A stretch of DNA of 64,000 nt, from assembly GCA_900549415.1 (NCBI GenBank), contig URNX01000004.1, positions 19,967-83,966 of the forward strand, in the 5' to 3' direction. Source of the stretch: an uncultured bacterium. Its GTDB lineage: Bacteria; Verrucomicrobiota; Lentisphaeria; Victivallales; UBA1829. Made by a program: the position numbers and the translations under genes. Positions 25,565 to 33,881 of the stretch are shown here, piece by piece. The notes below the pieces were generated by a model. It made no database searches. It was not told the DNA's origin and saw only the letters and a list, made by a program, of their open reading frames with translations. Position 1 is the stretch's first letter. Each line of letters opens with the position of its first letter.

Positions 25565-26088
25565 TTTCCTACTCCCTGTTTTGGAAATTCGAGACGCTGA
25601 GTATCGAATCCGAGCTTCCGGATTCCGGCAAGCAGTTTTTCCCGTGCATTTTCCGGGAGTGTCGGTGTCCGGGAGAGAATCCAGAGAGAATCATCGGTTG
25701 AGCCTGTCACGACAGCATAACTGTAATCGGGAGCGAGACGGATGATTTTGTAGTCGCTGTAAAACGGGCGGAAGAAAGAGACACGGAGTTCTCCGACGAC
25801 TGGAGAATTTTTGAATTTTGCAATTCCAGAGATTTCGCGCTTTTCTCCATTCCGAATTCCCCGGTTGATGACTTGGACCGTTCCGTCGGTGTTGAGAGAA
25901 TATTCTGCAGTGACATAATCCATTCCGTATTCGAAACGATTTGGCAGGCGTGCAATTTCGTACCAGTTTCCAAGATAACGCGGAAGGTCAAAACAGGAAA
26001 CTGCCGAAATTCCTTGCGTGCTTCGCGTTGATGAGCAGCCTCCGGAAAATAGCAGAAAAAACGGCAGAATGAATCCGTAAACTTTCAT
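25561..26088 (-). CDS. blc: Bacterial lipocalin (outer-membrane lipoprotein Blc-like)
   Basis: Lipobox LFSGGC and the lipocalin signature YLGNWYEIARLPNRFE. Confidence 0.85.
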   Translation of the reverse strand: MKVYGFILPFFLLFSGGCSSTRSTQGISAVSCFDLPRYLGNWYEIARLPNRFEYGMDYVTAEYSLNTDGTVQVINRGIRNGEKREISGIAKFKNSPVVGELRVSFFRPFYSDYKIIRLAPDYSYAVVTGSTDDSLWILSRTPTLPENAREKLLAGIRKLGFDTQRLEFPKQGVGK

Positions 26089-26165
26089 TTTCTTCCCCCC
26101 CTTTTGAAAATTAAAGCCGCTGTTGATTCAGACAACGGCTCCGGGAGAAATGTTCGCGGAGAAAA

Positions 26166-27638
26166 TCAGTTGCTGAAGAACGCGTAGGGCAGCCACTGGG
26201 AGTCGGCGCAGTCGGCGACGCCCATGACCCAGAGAATGGTTTCCGACGGTTTGGCCGGTACGGGGGCCACTCCGGCAAGCAGTTCATGCACTCCGCTTTC
26301 CAGTGTGATGTCGCAGTACTGATTGTGCGGGACGGTGTCGAATGACGGCGTCACCCAGCCGCCGTCTCGCCCGAAACGGTAGACTCCGTCGACCCAGACG
26401 CGGGAGGTTGCGTTGCAGTTGAAGATGACACGCACTTTTTTCGTTTCGTCGATCGTGAACTGGAAACGCATCATGTAAAGCGAGTTCGGGGGAACTTCGA
26501 ATGCGTTCAGATAGTTGAAGGTGCCGGGAATGGTGTACTCCTTGTCGAGGTGGAGATACTCCGGAATGGGAAGGATCTCGTGCCAGCGGTTCCAGTTGCG
26601 GTGAATGCCGAACTGAACGGGGATGAGGAACGGTGTGAAGTCCGGCTGGTCGCAGGCGCGCGGCGTATGCGCTTCGATTCTGGGCGCGAGCTCAAGAATC
26701 TGTTCGATGAAGGCGTCGAGCGTTTGCGGATAATCCATAACGAGTTCCGGATCGCTGAGCTGGATCTTTTCCGAGACGGGCGCGAGCCAGCGTTCGGAAA
26801 TGGAATCGGGCTTGAGCAGGCCGACGAGTTCACCCGCCATTCCTGCGTTGACCGGAGTGTTGCGTGCGCAGTTTGCGGCAATGAGGACTGTTTTTTCAAA
26901 ATCGCCGTTTCCGAGCAGATACGCGAGAAGGATGAAGCCGGTGTTCATGATGCCGTCTTCATAATTTTCATTGTCAAATTTGGCGAGGAATTGGCGGCGG
27001 GCTTCCTTCCAGTCGTTTTCCCTGGCGCAGAGTTCGCGGGTGAAGCGGACCGCTTCCGCAAGTCTGGATTCGCCGGGAATGGCCGCGAGCGCCGCGTTGA
27101 GAAGTGCTTCGGGGTTGCTTTCAATAAACGCATTGCTGAGCAGAACGGCAAAGAATTCCGCTGCGAAAACGCCGTCTTTATCATGGTCGACGCAGGCGTC
27201 TTCGTAGGTGATTTTCAATGCGGTGTCGGGTTTTGCCGGATTGAGGAACGCCCAGAGATCGGCGCGGCGGGCGGCTCCGAAGTTGTCGCTGAAATAGTCG
27301 TCGAAATTTCCGGACCAGGGCGGCATGATGCTGTTCCTGAGGTTGCGGAGGGCGATTCCGTATTCCGCGTCATAGTAACGGATATGATCAAGCCAGCATT
27401 GTGCAAAGAAATTGCGTTCGGGGACGGGATGCGGCATTTTGGACAGCTCGTCAAGCCAGAGAATCTGAAAATCGAGAAAACAGCTGGAGGAATCCGGATC
27501 GGGGAGCGGATCGTAAAAGGTCAGCTCCAGTGGTTCGTGTGCTCCCAGATAAGGACGGCCGAGGTTTTCTCCGATGGTTTTACCGAGGAGAGCTCCCTTG
27601 ATTTTGTGACTCCAATATTCTTTATCCATAAAAAGCAC
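26166..27638 (-). CDS. ADP-ribosylglycohydrolase-family protein with a C-terminal beta-sandwich-like extension
   Basis: The N-terminal block IKGALLGKTIGENLGRPY is a variant of the ARH G..GDALG motif. About 190 aa of non-ARH sequence follow at the C-terminus. Confidence 0.65.
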   Translation of the reverse strand: MLFMDKEYWSHKIKGALLGKTIGENLGRPYLGAHEPLELTFYDPLPDPDSSSCFLDFQILWLDELSKMPHPVPERNFFAQCWLDHIRYYDAEYGIALRNLRNSIMPPWSGNFDDYFSDNFGAARRADLWAFLNPAKPDTALKITYEDACVDHDKDGVFAAEFFAVLLSNAFIESNPEALLNAALAAIPGESRLAEAVRFTRELCARENDWKEARRQFLAKFDNENYEDGIMNTGFILLAYLLGNGDFEKTVLIAANCARNTPVNAGMAGELVGLLKPDSISERWLAPVSEKIQLSDPELVMDYPQTLDAFIEQILELAPRIEAHTPRACDQPDFTPFLIPVQFGIHRNWNRWHEILPIPEYLHLDKEYTIPGTFNYLNAFEVPPNSLYMMRFQFTIDETKKVRVIFNCNATSRVWVDGVYRFGRDGGWVTPSFDTVPHNQYCDITLESGVHELLAGVAPVPAKPSETILWVMGVADCADSQWLPYAFFSN

Positions 27639-27724
27639 CTCTCACATAATTGCTGATTATACAGGCTGAAAAAACACTATCACGGAAAACTTTAAATGTC
27701 AAATGCTTTTTCTCTTTTTATTTG

Positions 27725-27766
27725 ATTTTTTTTCATAAAAAACGTCCGGTTCGGCGGAACCGGACG
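27725..27766 (-). terminator. Rho-independent terminator after the portal-like gene
   Basis: Stem cgtccggttc (27743-27752) pairs with gaaccggacg (27757-27766). On the minus strand it is followed by UUUUUUAUGAAAAAAAAUC. Confidence 0.7.
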
Positions 27767-27775
27767 GGGAGAGAA

Positions 27776-29164
27776 TCAGGCGTTTGTTTTTTCGCGGGTG
27801 ATCCGTTCATTTTCTTCATCGTAAGAGGCGTCGGTGAAATCATTGCGGCGGAGCCATTCGTGGATGCTGCGTGCGGAGAGGGGGAGTCCGGCGTTCTTGG
27901 CATTCCAGAGGTCGAGCACGTCGGATGCGGCAACTCCGCCTTCGTTGAAATCGCGGTTGACGCGGAAGATCACTTCTTCCGGGTTGGCTCCGCACCATCC
28001 GGCGGCAATGCGGAGAATCTGCAGCATTGTCTTTTCCGCAGTTCCGGCAACGGCGCGCATGAGAGCTGTTTTGACTGCAAGACGAGTCTTCAGCGCTTCG
28101 CCGGATTCGTTGCTGCGGCTGTCGAGTGTGATTCCCATGTTCTGGGCAATGGCGTGCAGATCGTTCTGGGCGGCGCGCATCTCCTGAAGTCCGGAGCCGG
28201 AAATTTCCAGGTAGCTTCCGGAAGCGTCGGGGGACTCTGTGTGAATGTAGTTGCCCGCGCCCATCATCGGCGGTCCGTCAAGCTGGAATCCTTTGAGAAA
28301 CAGAGTCGACTGCGCCTGCATGAAAAGCGCATGGCGGTAATCGGCTTCACCGCGGTAGATGGCAAGACACGCATTGGCAAGCGGCAGGAGCGGAGGCGTC
28401 GGGACGGCCGCGCCGGAGTCGTTTACGTTCGCAAAGACAAACGGAATGCGGTTGAGGCGGCGTCCGCGGATTTCCGGGAAACACTCGTCGGGAAGAAGAC
28501 ACGGGTTCGTGCGGAAGGCGCGAAATTCATCCGGCGTCATGCGGACCGAACAGTATTCGCCGTCGGGAGAGAGTGTGCAGAGACGGACTTTGCGGCGGAA
28601 TTCCCAGCCTTCCGGACCGCGTTCCCAGCCGGATTCATCAAGCAGAAGCGAGGTGAGAGCGGAGGAATCGCCGTTTTCGCAAGTCCAGTCGAGAATCTGC
28701 GGTGCGGCGCAGAGAGTCATGACGGGAACGGCGTCGGGGGAGACTGTCGCAGGCGGAACGTCGAGGAGGAGTCCGCAGCGCCCGTAGAGAAGCTGGAAGA
28801 GGTTCAGTCTGCGGAGAGTGTCGTCAAGCGGGAGACCGTCGCTGGAGGCGGTTGTGCGGATGGCGCGGATGCGTTCGGGCAGTTCGACGGCCTCCGGCGG
28901 TTCGCGGTGCATGATGCCGAGCATGGTGGCGATTGTGGTCGCGAGATAATTGAAATAATTCGCGCGGGCTTTGTAGGCGTCGTACCGGCGCATTCCGAAC
29001 TGGGCGTCGGCCATCTGCCCTTCGGTCCGGGGGAGATAGCGTTCGCCGGCGTGTTTGACTTCGCGCTCTCCGGCAAAGCAGTCGGAACAGACCCGCCAGT
29101 CTTCAGCGGCGCAGAGGTATTGCGGATTCAGCAGATCGCGCAGATTCAAATTGTGATTCAGCAT
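27776..29164 (-). CDS. Phage portal-like protein (DUF4055-type), orphan
   Basis: 463 aa from MLNHNLNL. The block GEREVKHAGERYLPRTEGQ...YDAYKARANYFNYLATTIATMLGIM resembles the DUF4055 portal N-terminal signature from memory. AAGGAG RBS before the ATG at 29164. Confidence 0.5.
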   Translation of the reverse strand: MLNHNLNLRDLLNPQYLCAAEDWRVCSDCFAGEREVKHAGERYLPRTEGQMADAQFGMRRYDAYKARANYFNYLATTIATMLGIMHREPPEAVELPERIRAIRTTASSDGLPLDDTLRRLNLFQLLYGRCGLLLDVPPATVSPDAVPVMTLCAAPQILDWTCENGDSSALTSLLLDESGWERGPEGWEFRRKVRLCTLSPDGEYCSVRMTPDEFRAFRTNPCLLPDECFPEIRGRRLNRIPFVFANVNDSGAAVPTPPLLPLANACLAIYRGEADYRHALFMQAQSTLFLKGFQLDGPPMMGAGNYIHTESPDASGSYLEISGSGLQEMRAAQNDLHAIAQNMGITLDSRSNESGEALKTRLAVKTALMRAVAGTAEKTMLQILRIAAGWCGANPEEVIFRVNRDFNEGGVAASDVLDLWNAKNAGLPLSARSIHEWLRRNDFTDASYDEENERITREKTNA

Positions 29165-29267
29165 AAAAGGCTCCTTTCTGATGCTGGTTTTCCGGAATAT
29201 GTCAACCGAACGTCTTCTGTTCTTGACAATTTGGAAAAACAGCGTTAAATTATCGAAAACAGAGAAA

Positions 29268-31559
29268 ATGAGGGAGCAAATGGAGAGCGGAAACGGCAGG
29301 GATTCGGCAGAAAAGACAATTCTGATTGACCGGACGGTTGTATCGGGAAAAACGGCTCCGGCGTCATCCGGTAAAAACGCGGTGAAGACCGGATTCGGCA
29401 CCGGTTTCTTCCGGAAGAAACGGAAAGACGTGGATTCGCGGATCGAAGAGCTGCGCGAGCATCACAATCCCGGGAACGTCAATTTTTCGGGAGATGAACT
29501 CAAACTTGATTCTCTCGATGATGAATATGAAGTCCGGGAGAAGATCGCCGAGGGCGGACAGGGACTGCTCTTCCGCGGATTCGACCGTCGGCTGCACCGT
29601 CTGGTCGCCATCAAATCCCTGCGCAAAGAGGCGGCGGAGAACGGGGAACAGCGGCGTTTTTTCCTTTCTGAAGCGCGCGTGACCGCCCAGCTTGATCATC
29701 CCGCGATCGTGCCGATCTATTCTCTGAAATCCGACGGAGAAAACGGGCTTCATCTCGCCATGAAGATGATCAACGGCATTACCCTTAAAGACTATCTGAA
29801 ACAGGTCGCTACACACTACCGTCTCGACGGAGTCCGCGCGTTCGACGAGGAGAAGAGTCTGCGGAACCGTCTGGAAATTTTTCTCAAGGCGTGCGATGCG
29901 CTCGAATACGCGCACAGCCGTAACATCATGCACCGCGATTTGAAACCGGAAAACATCATGACCGGAGAGTATCATGAAACCTATATCATGGACTGGGGAA
30001 TTGCGCGTCCGATTCTGCCGCAGCCGGAAGGCGCCTCCGTTCTGGCGGGCACGCCGCAGTATCTTGCGCCGGAGGCGATCCGCGGGGAACCATGCGACCA
30101 GCGCGCCGATATTTTCGCGATGGGGGCAATCCTGTTTGAACTTGTTACGCTTCATCCCGCATTTTCCGGCGAGACGCCGGAGGAGGTCATGTGCGCGATT
30201 CGCGACGGGCAGAAGAATCCGCCGGAACATGAGTTCGGAGCGAAAATTGACGGTGATCTGAAAGCGGTCATTTGCAAGGCGCTTGCGAACGATCCAGCGG
30301 AACGCTATCAGCAGGCGGGGGAACTTTCCGCCGACCTGAGACGCTGGATGATGGATCTTGAAGTGTCCGCAAAGCCCGACAATCTTCTGCGGAAATGTTT
30401 CCGCTGGAGCCGGAGCCACAGCCGTCTGCTGCTGCTGCTCTTCCTGACAGCGCTGCTGGCGGGCGTTTCGGCTCTCTCCTATTCGCTCTTCCAGAGTTTC
30501 CGTTTTTCAGAGGAGATGCGGCTGCGCGACAATGCACTGAGCACTGCGTTTTCAATCTGTTCACGTGCGGCATACCGGCTCGATGAACAGTTCCTCAAAC
30601 TGGAACAGGCAACGTCGCTTCTTGCGGCGGATACCGCGTTTCTGCTGAATTATGATCTGCATGAACACTCCGCCGGAACCGCCGCCGTGTCCCTGGCGGA
30701 ATTTCCGGAACGGAAATCGGACACCATGCTGCGTTCCCGTTTTCACCACGGGACCATTGATCCCGCCGTGCTGGTCTACACTGCAACTCCCGATACCGCG
30801 CTTCCGCTGAAGACGCGTCTGGAACCGCTTTCCCGTTTTATTCCGCGTCTGCGGCAGATTATTCTGGAGAGCGGAAATGTCGCATGGACCACGGAGGCGC
30901 AGGAAAAGGCGTTTCTGGAGGGAACGCCGGTGATCCGCGTGCTGTTCGGTTTTCCCGACGGACTTTATGCCGCATACCCGGCGTCGGGCAAATTCCCGCG
31001 CGGCTATGATCCGCGCCTGCGCCGCTGGTATCGTATTGCGGAACATGCGAAGCAGGGGACGGTTTGGACGGAGCCTTATATCGACAGTATTCCGGAGTTC
31101 GGGCTGGTTATCTCCTGCAGTGCTCCGATCCGCCTTGCCGGAGGAACCGCGAGCGGCGTCTGCGGACTCGACATCTCCATTGCCAAGCTCGTGGAGGAAC
31201 TTCGTCTGGGCGGCAACAGCGAGGCGGTTGCGGAGGAGAAGGCGATTGTGACGAACACGGGGGACATCATCGTTTCAACCGGACGCGACTTTGCCGCCGG
31301 AAATCTGCGCGGATACCGTCGGGCGGATGAAAAAGTCGTTTTCGCCAATCTCGGCGATCCCGTCCTTCTGGACAGAATGAACCGCAAGCAGTACGGAGTC
31401 AGCATTCAGCGCGATGTGCAGGGACGCGAGTTCGTCTACGCGTTCTGCCGGATCCGTTCGGTCGACTGGTTCTATGTGGAGAAAATGGAACTGAAGCGTC
31501 TGGTTGCTTCCTCAGAACAGCGCGGAGTAGAGCCCGGTCAGCAGAATCAGCAGCATTAA
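29268..31559 (+). CDS. Hanks-type Ser/Thr protein kinase with one TM helix and a periplasmic dCache_1-like sensor domain
   Basis: Kinase motifs VAIK, HRDLKPENIM, DWGIA and GTPQYLAPE. TM helix LLLLLFLTALLAGVSALSYSLF. Cache block YDPRLRRWYRIAEHAKQGTVWTEPYID...GVCGLDISIAKL. The start is ambiguous between 29268 and 29280. Confidence 0.85.
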   Translation: MREQMESGNGRDSAEKTILIDRTVVSGKTAPASSGKNAVKTGFGTGFFRKKRKDVDSRIEELREHHNPGNVNFSGDELKLDSLDDEYEVREKIAEGGQGLLFRGFDRRLHRLVAIKSLRKEAAENGEQRRFFLSEARVTAQLDHPAIVPIYSLKSDGENGLHLAMKMINGITLKDYLKQVATHYRLDGVRAFDEEKSLRNRLEIFLKACDALEYAHSRNIMHRDLKPENIMTGEYHETYIMDWGIARPILPQPEGASVLAGTPQYLAPEAIRGEPCDQRADIFAMGAILFELVTLHPAFSGETPEEVMCAIRDGQKNPPEHEFGAKIDGDLKAVICKALANDPAERYQQAGELSADLRRWMMDLEVSAKPDNLLRKCFRWSRSHSRLLLLLFLTALLAGVSALSYSLFQSFRFSEEMRLRDNALSTAFSICSRAAYRLDEQFLKLEQATSLLAADTAFLLNYDLHEHSAGTAAVSLAEFPERKSDTMLRSRFHHGTIDPAVLVYTATPDTALPLKTRLEPLSRFIPRLRQIILESGNVAWTTEAQEKAFLEGTPVIRVLFGFPDGLYAAYPASGKFPRGYDPRLRRWYRIAEHAKQGTVWTEPYIDSIPEFGLVISCSAPIRLAGGTASGVCGLDISIAKLVEELRLGGNSEAVAEEKAIVTNTGDIIVSTGRDFAAGNLRGYRRADEKVVFANLGDPVLLDRMNRKQYGVSIQRDVQGREFVYAFCRIRSVDWFYVEKMELKRLVASSEQRGVEPGQQNQQH

Positions 31560-31721
31560 GGCGATGAGCACTCTGCGGCGGCGTCTGACAGACCGGCCGA
31601 CGCTGTTTTCTTCCGCGAGCCCGTGGAGAGAACCGATGCTCAGAAGCTGGGTAAGCTGAGCCCGGTTTCCGGATTTTCGCCAGTAATCAATGCGTGCGAT
31701 GTTCGGATCGTCGGGAGTCAT
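31512..31721 (-). CDS. Small tail-anchored membrane protein (hypothetical)
   Basis: 69 aa from MTPDDPN with an RRRRR motif followed by the C-terminal TM helix VLIALMLLILLTGLYSALF. It starts 1 nt after the upstream gene's stop. Its 3' end overlaps the kinase 3' end by 48 bp. Confidence 0.4.
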   Translation of the reverse strand: MTPDDPNIARIDYWRKSGNRAQLTQLLSIGSLHGLAEENSVGRSVRRRRRVLIALMLLILLTGLYSALF

Positions 31722-31722
31722 T

Positions 31723-32367
31723 TTACAGCGCAACTTTCCATGCAATGATGAACGAGAGGGCAAGGACAAATGCCGAGAAGAGAATGGTCAGAATCAGCGG
31801 CAGGAAGAATGCGAATCCTTTTTTGAAAAGCGTTCCGGCCGGAATATCCGCGAGATCCATTTTCGCCGCCGTCTGAACGGCTGTCCCCGCTGCATGTTCG
31901 GAGGGAAGAGCCGTTGCCCGGATAAGCTCGATGCGCCCGTTTTCAAATGTGCGGAGCGCTTCGTTGAGGGCCGGATGAAAATCGGAATCCGAAAGTTCGG
32001 GAATGCGGCAGGATTCGAGCCGGGCGAGGATTGCGCGGAGTTCGGCGAGCGTCTGAGCGCAATCGGCGGCGGAGCGTTCCAAACGCATCTGCTCCGCGGA
32101 GCTTTTCGCTTCGGCTTCGTTGAGCTGTCCGATCAGATCGCGTTTTGTGCGGAGCAGTTCTTCATAGCGCGGTTTGAGCAGAGCGTTGCGCGCGGCGTTG
32201 TCGACTTCCGGAGCCCGTGGCTTCGGCTGTGGCTGCTGTTCCTGCGGGTCGTTTCCGGATTCGGGCGAGTCCTGTTCCTGATTGTGCTGATGCATCCGGG
32301 CCGAAGCCTCTGAGATCTGACCGCTGATGCGGTGGAGCGAGCCGGAGACAAACATTGATTTAGCCAT
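31723..32367 (-). CDS. Coiled-coil tail-anchored membrane protein (hypothetical)
   Basis: 214 aa from MAKSMF with a Q/P-rich N-terminus, heptad-like central region and the C-terminal TM helix FAFFLPLILTILFSAFVLALSFIIAW. Confidence 0.55.
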   Translation of the reverse strand: MAKSMFVSGSLHRISGQISEASARMHQHNQEQDSPESGNDPQEQQPQPKPRAPEVDNAARNALLKPRYEELLRTKRDLIGQLNEAEAKSSAEQMRLERSAADCAQTLAELRAILARLESCRIPELSDSDFHPALNEALRTFENGRIELIRATALPSEHAAGTAVQTAAKMDLADIPAGTLFKKGFAFFLPLILTILFSAFVLALSFIIAWKVAL

Positions 32368-32439
32368 GGATGCATTTCCTTTCCCAGTATAATTCTCCTT
32401 TAATATTCCACTCTTTTTGAAAAAAATCAAGCGGAAAAC

Positions 32440-32468
32440 TTGAATCATTCAAAAAAAAATGATATATT
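32440..32468 (+). promoter_or_regulatory. Candidate sigma70-like promoter for the aminotransferase gene
   Basis: TTGAAT (32440-32445), N17, then TATATT (32463-32468), about 65 nt upstream of the ATG at 32533. Confidence 0.45.
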
Positions 32469-32532
32469 ATAGGTTGTAGTAAAAAAGAGCGGATGAAATC
32501 TCCGCTGAAACATTAACCGGGAATACAAACAG

Positions 32533-33810
32533 ATGAATGCGGTGAATTACCAGGCACTTACAAAGGAACAGCTGCTGTCCTGTCGCGAAGAACTGCAAAA
32601 GAAGTACGAGAACTACGTCAACCAGAACCTGAAACTGGATATGTCCCGCGGGAAACCCGCCGGAACCCAGCTTGACCTTGTGAACGGCATTCTCGACACA
32701 CTCGACAGCTACATCACCGCCGACGGAACCGACGCCCGCAACTACGGTCTGCTCGACGGCATCCCGGAAGCCAAGAAACTCTTCTCCGACCTTCTCGGAA
32801 TTCCGGTGGAAAAAATCATCATCGGCGGCAACTCCAGCCTCAATATGATGTATGATACGATTGTCCGCCACTACATTTTCGGCACACAGGGCAACACTCC
32901 GTGGAAAGACCTCCCGAAGGTCAAATTCCTCTGTCCCGCTCCCGGATACGACCGTCACTTCGCCATCTGCGAGGATCTCGGTTTTGAGATGATCACGGTT
33001 CCCATGCTTGCGGACGGACCGGATATGGACATGGTCGAGAAGCTCGCCGCGGAAGACGATGCAATCAAGGGCATCTGGTGCGTTCCGCTCTACTCCAACC
33101 CGCAGGGAGTCTGCTACAGCGACCGCACCGTGGAGCGTCTCGCCTCCATGAAGACCGCCGCGCCCGATTTCCGCATCTTCTGGGACAACGCTTACGGCGT
33201 TCACCACATTTATTCAGAAGAGAAACTTGCAGATATTTTTGCTCTCTGCGAAAAGGCAGGCAACCCGGATCGTCCGATTTACTTCTTCTCCACCTCGAAG
33301 ATCACCTTCCCGGGCGCCGGAATCGCTCTGGAGGCCTCGAGCCTCGCAAACGTCCGCGAATACAAAAAACACATGGGCGTCCAGACAATCGGTCCGGACA
33401 AGCTCAATCAGCTCCGCACGGTTCGCTACCTCAAGGATGCGGAAGGCGTCCGCAAACACATGCGCGAACTCGCCAAAGAGCTGAAGCCGAAGTTCGACAT
33501 CGTTCTGACCACGCTGAACCGCGAACTCGGCGGAACGGGTCTTGCGACCTGGACCGAGCCGAAGGGCGGATACTTCGTTGCCATCGACACGCTCGACAAC
33601 TGCGCGAAAGAAACGGTTGCTCTTGCGAAGAACGCGGGAGTCAAGCTCACCGACGCCGGTGCGACATTCCCGTACAAGAAAGATCCGCGCGACCGCAACA
33701 TCCGTATTGCGCCGACCTATCCGACGATCAATGAACTGCGTCAGGCGATTGAACTTTTCTGCGTCTGCGTCAAGCTCGCCGGAGTGAACAAGCTGCTTGA
33801 ATCCAAGTAA
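32533..33810 (+). CDS. PLP-dependent aminotransferase, class I/II fold
   Basis: 425 aa with LDMSRGKP near the N-terminus and the candidate PLP-lysine block FSTSKITFPGAG. Confidence 0.8.
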   Translation: MNAVNYQALTKEQLLSCREELQKKYENYVNQNLKLDMSRGKPAGTQLDLVNGILDTLDSYITADGTDARNYGLLDGIPEAKKLFSDLLGIPVEKIIIGGNSSLNMMYDTIVRHYIFGTQGNTPWKDLPKVKFLCPAPGYDRHFAICEDLGFEMITVPMLADGPDMDMVEKLAAEDDAIKGIWCVPLYSNPQGVCYSDRTVERLASMKTAAPDFRIFWDNAYGVHHIYSEEKLADIFALCEKAGNPDRPIYFFSTSKITFPGAGIALEASSLANVREYKKHMGVQTIGPDKLNQLRTVRYLKDAEGVRKHMRELAKELKPKFDIVLTTLNRELGGTGLATWTEPKGGYFVAIDTLDNCAKETVALAKNAGVKLTDAGATFPYKKDPRDRNIRIAPTYPTINELRQAIELFCVCVKLAGVNKLLESK

Positions 33811-33831
33811 GCGTTCCGCAGAATATTTGAA

Positions 33832-33859
33832 GGAGCACGGGGAATATCCCCGTGTCTCC
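33832..33859 (+). terminator. Imperfect stem-loop after the aminotransferase gene
   Basis: ggagcacgggg-aatat-ccccgtgtctcc with one bulge, followed by attttaaaat. Confidence 0.4.
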
Positions 33860-33881
33860 ATTTTAAAATAAGGAATTTTTC

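Noticed and set aside
26550-29248. 368-aa and 532-aa + strand ORFs
   Set aside because: They are antisense shadows of the ARH-like and portal-like genes and span the terminator and intergenic region. They are Arg/Gly/Ala-rich with no motifs.
26166-32448. Possibility that the portal-like gene marks a prophage
   Set aside because: I could not recognise a terminase, major capsid, protease/scaffold, tail, integrase, repressor or lysis cassette on either side. The flanking genes are an ARH-like protein and a cellular-type eSTK. I therefore treat it as an orphan or domesticated gene, or a last remnant.
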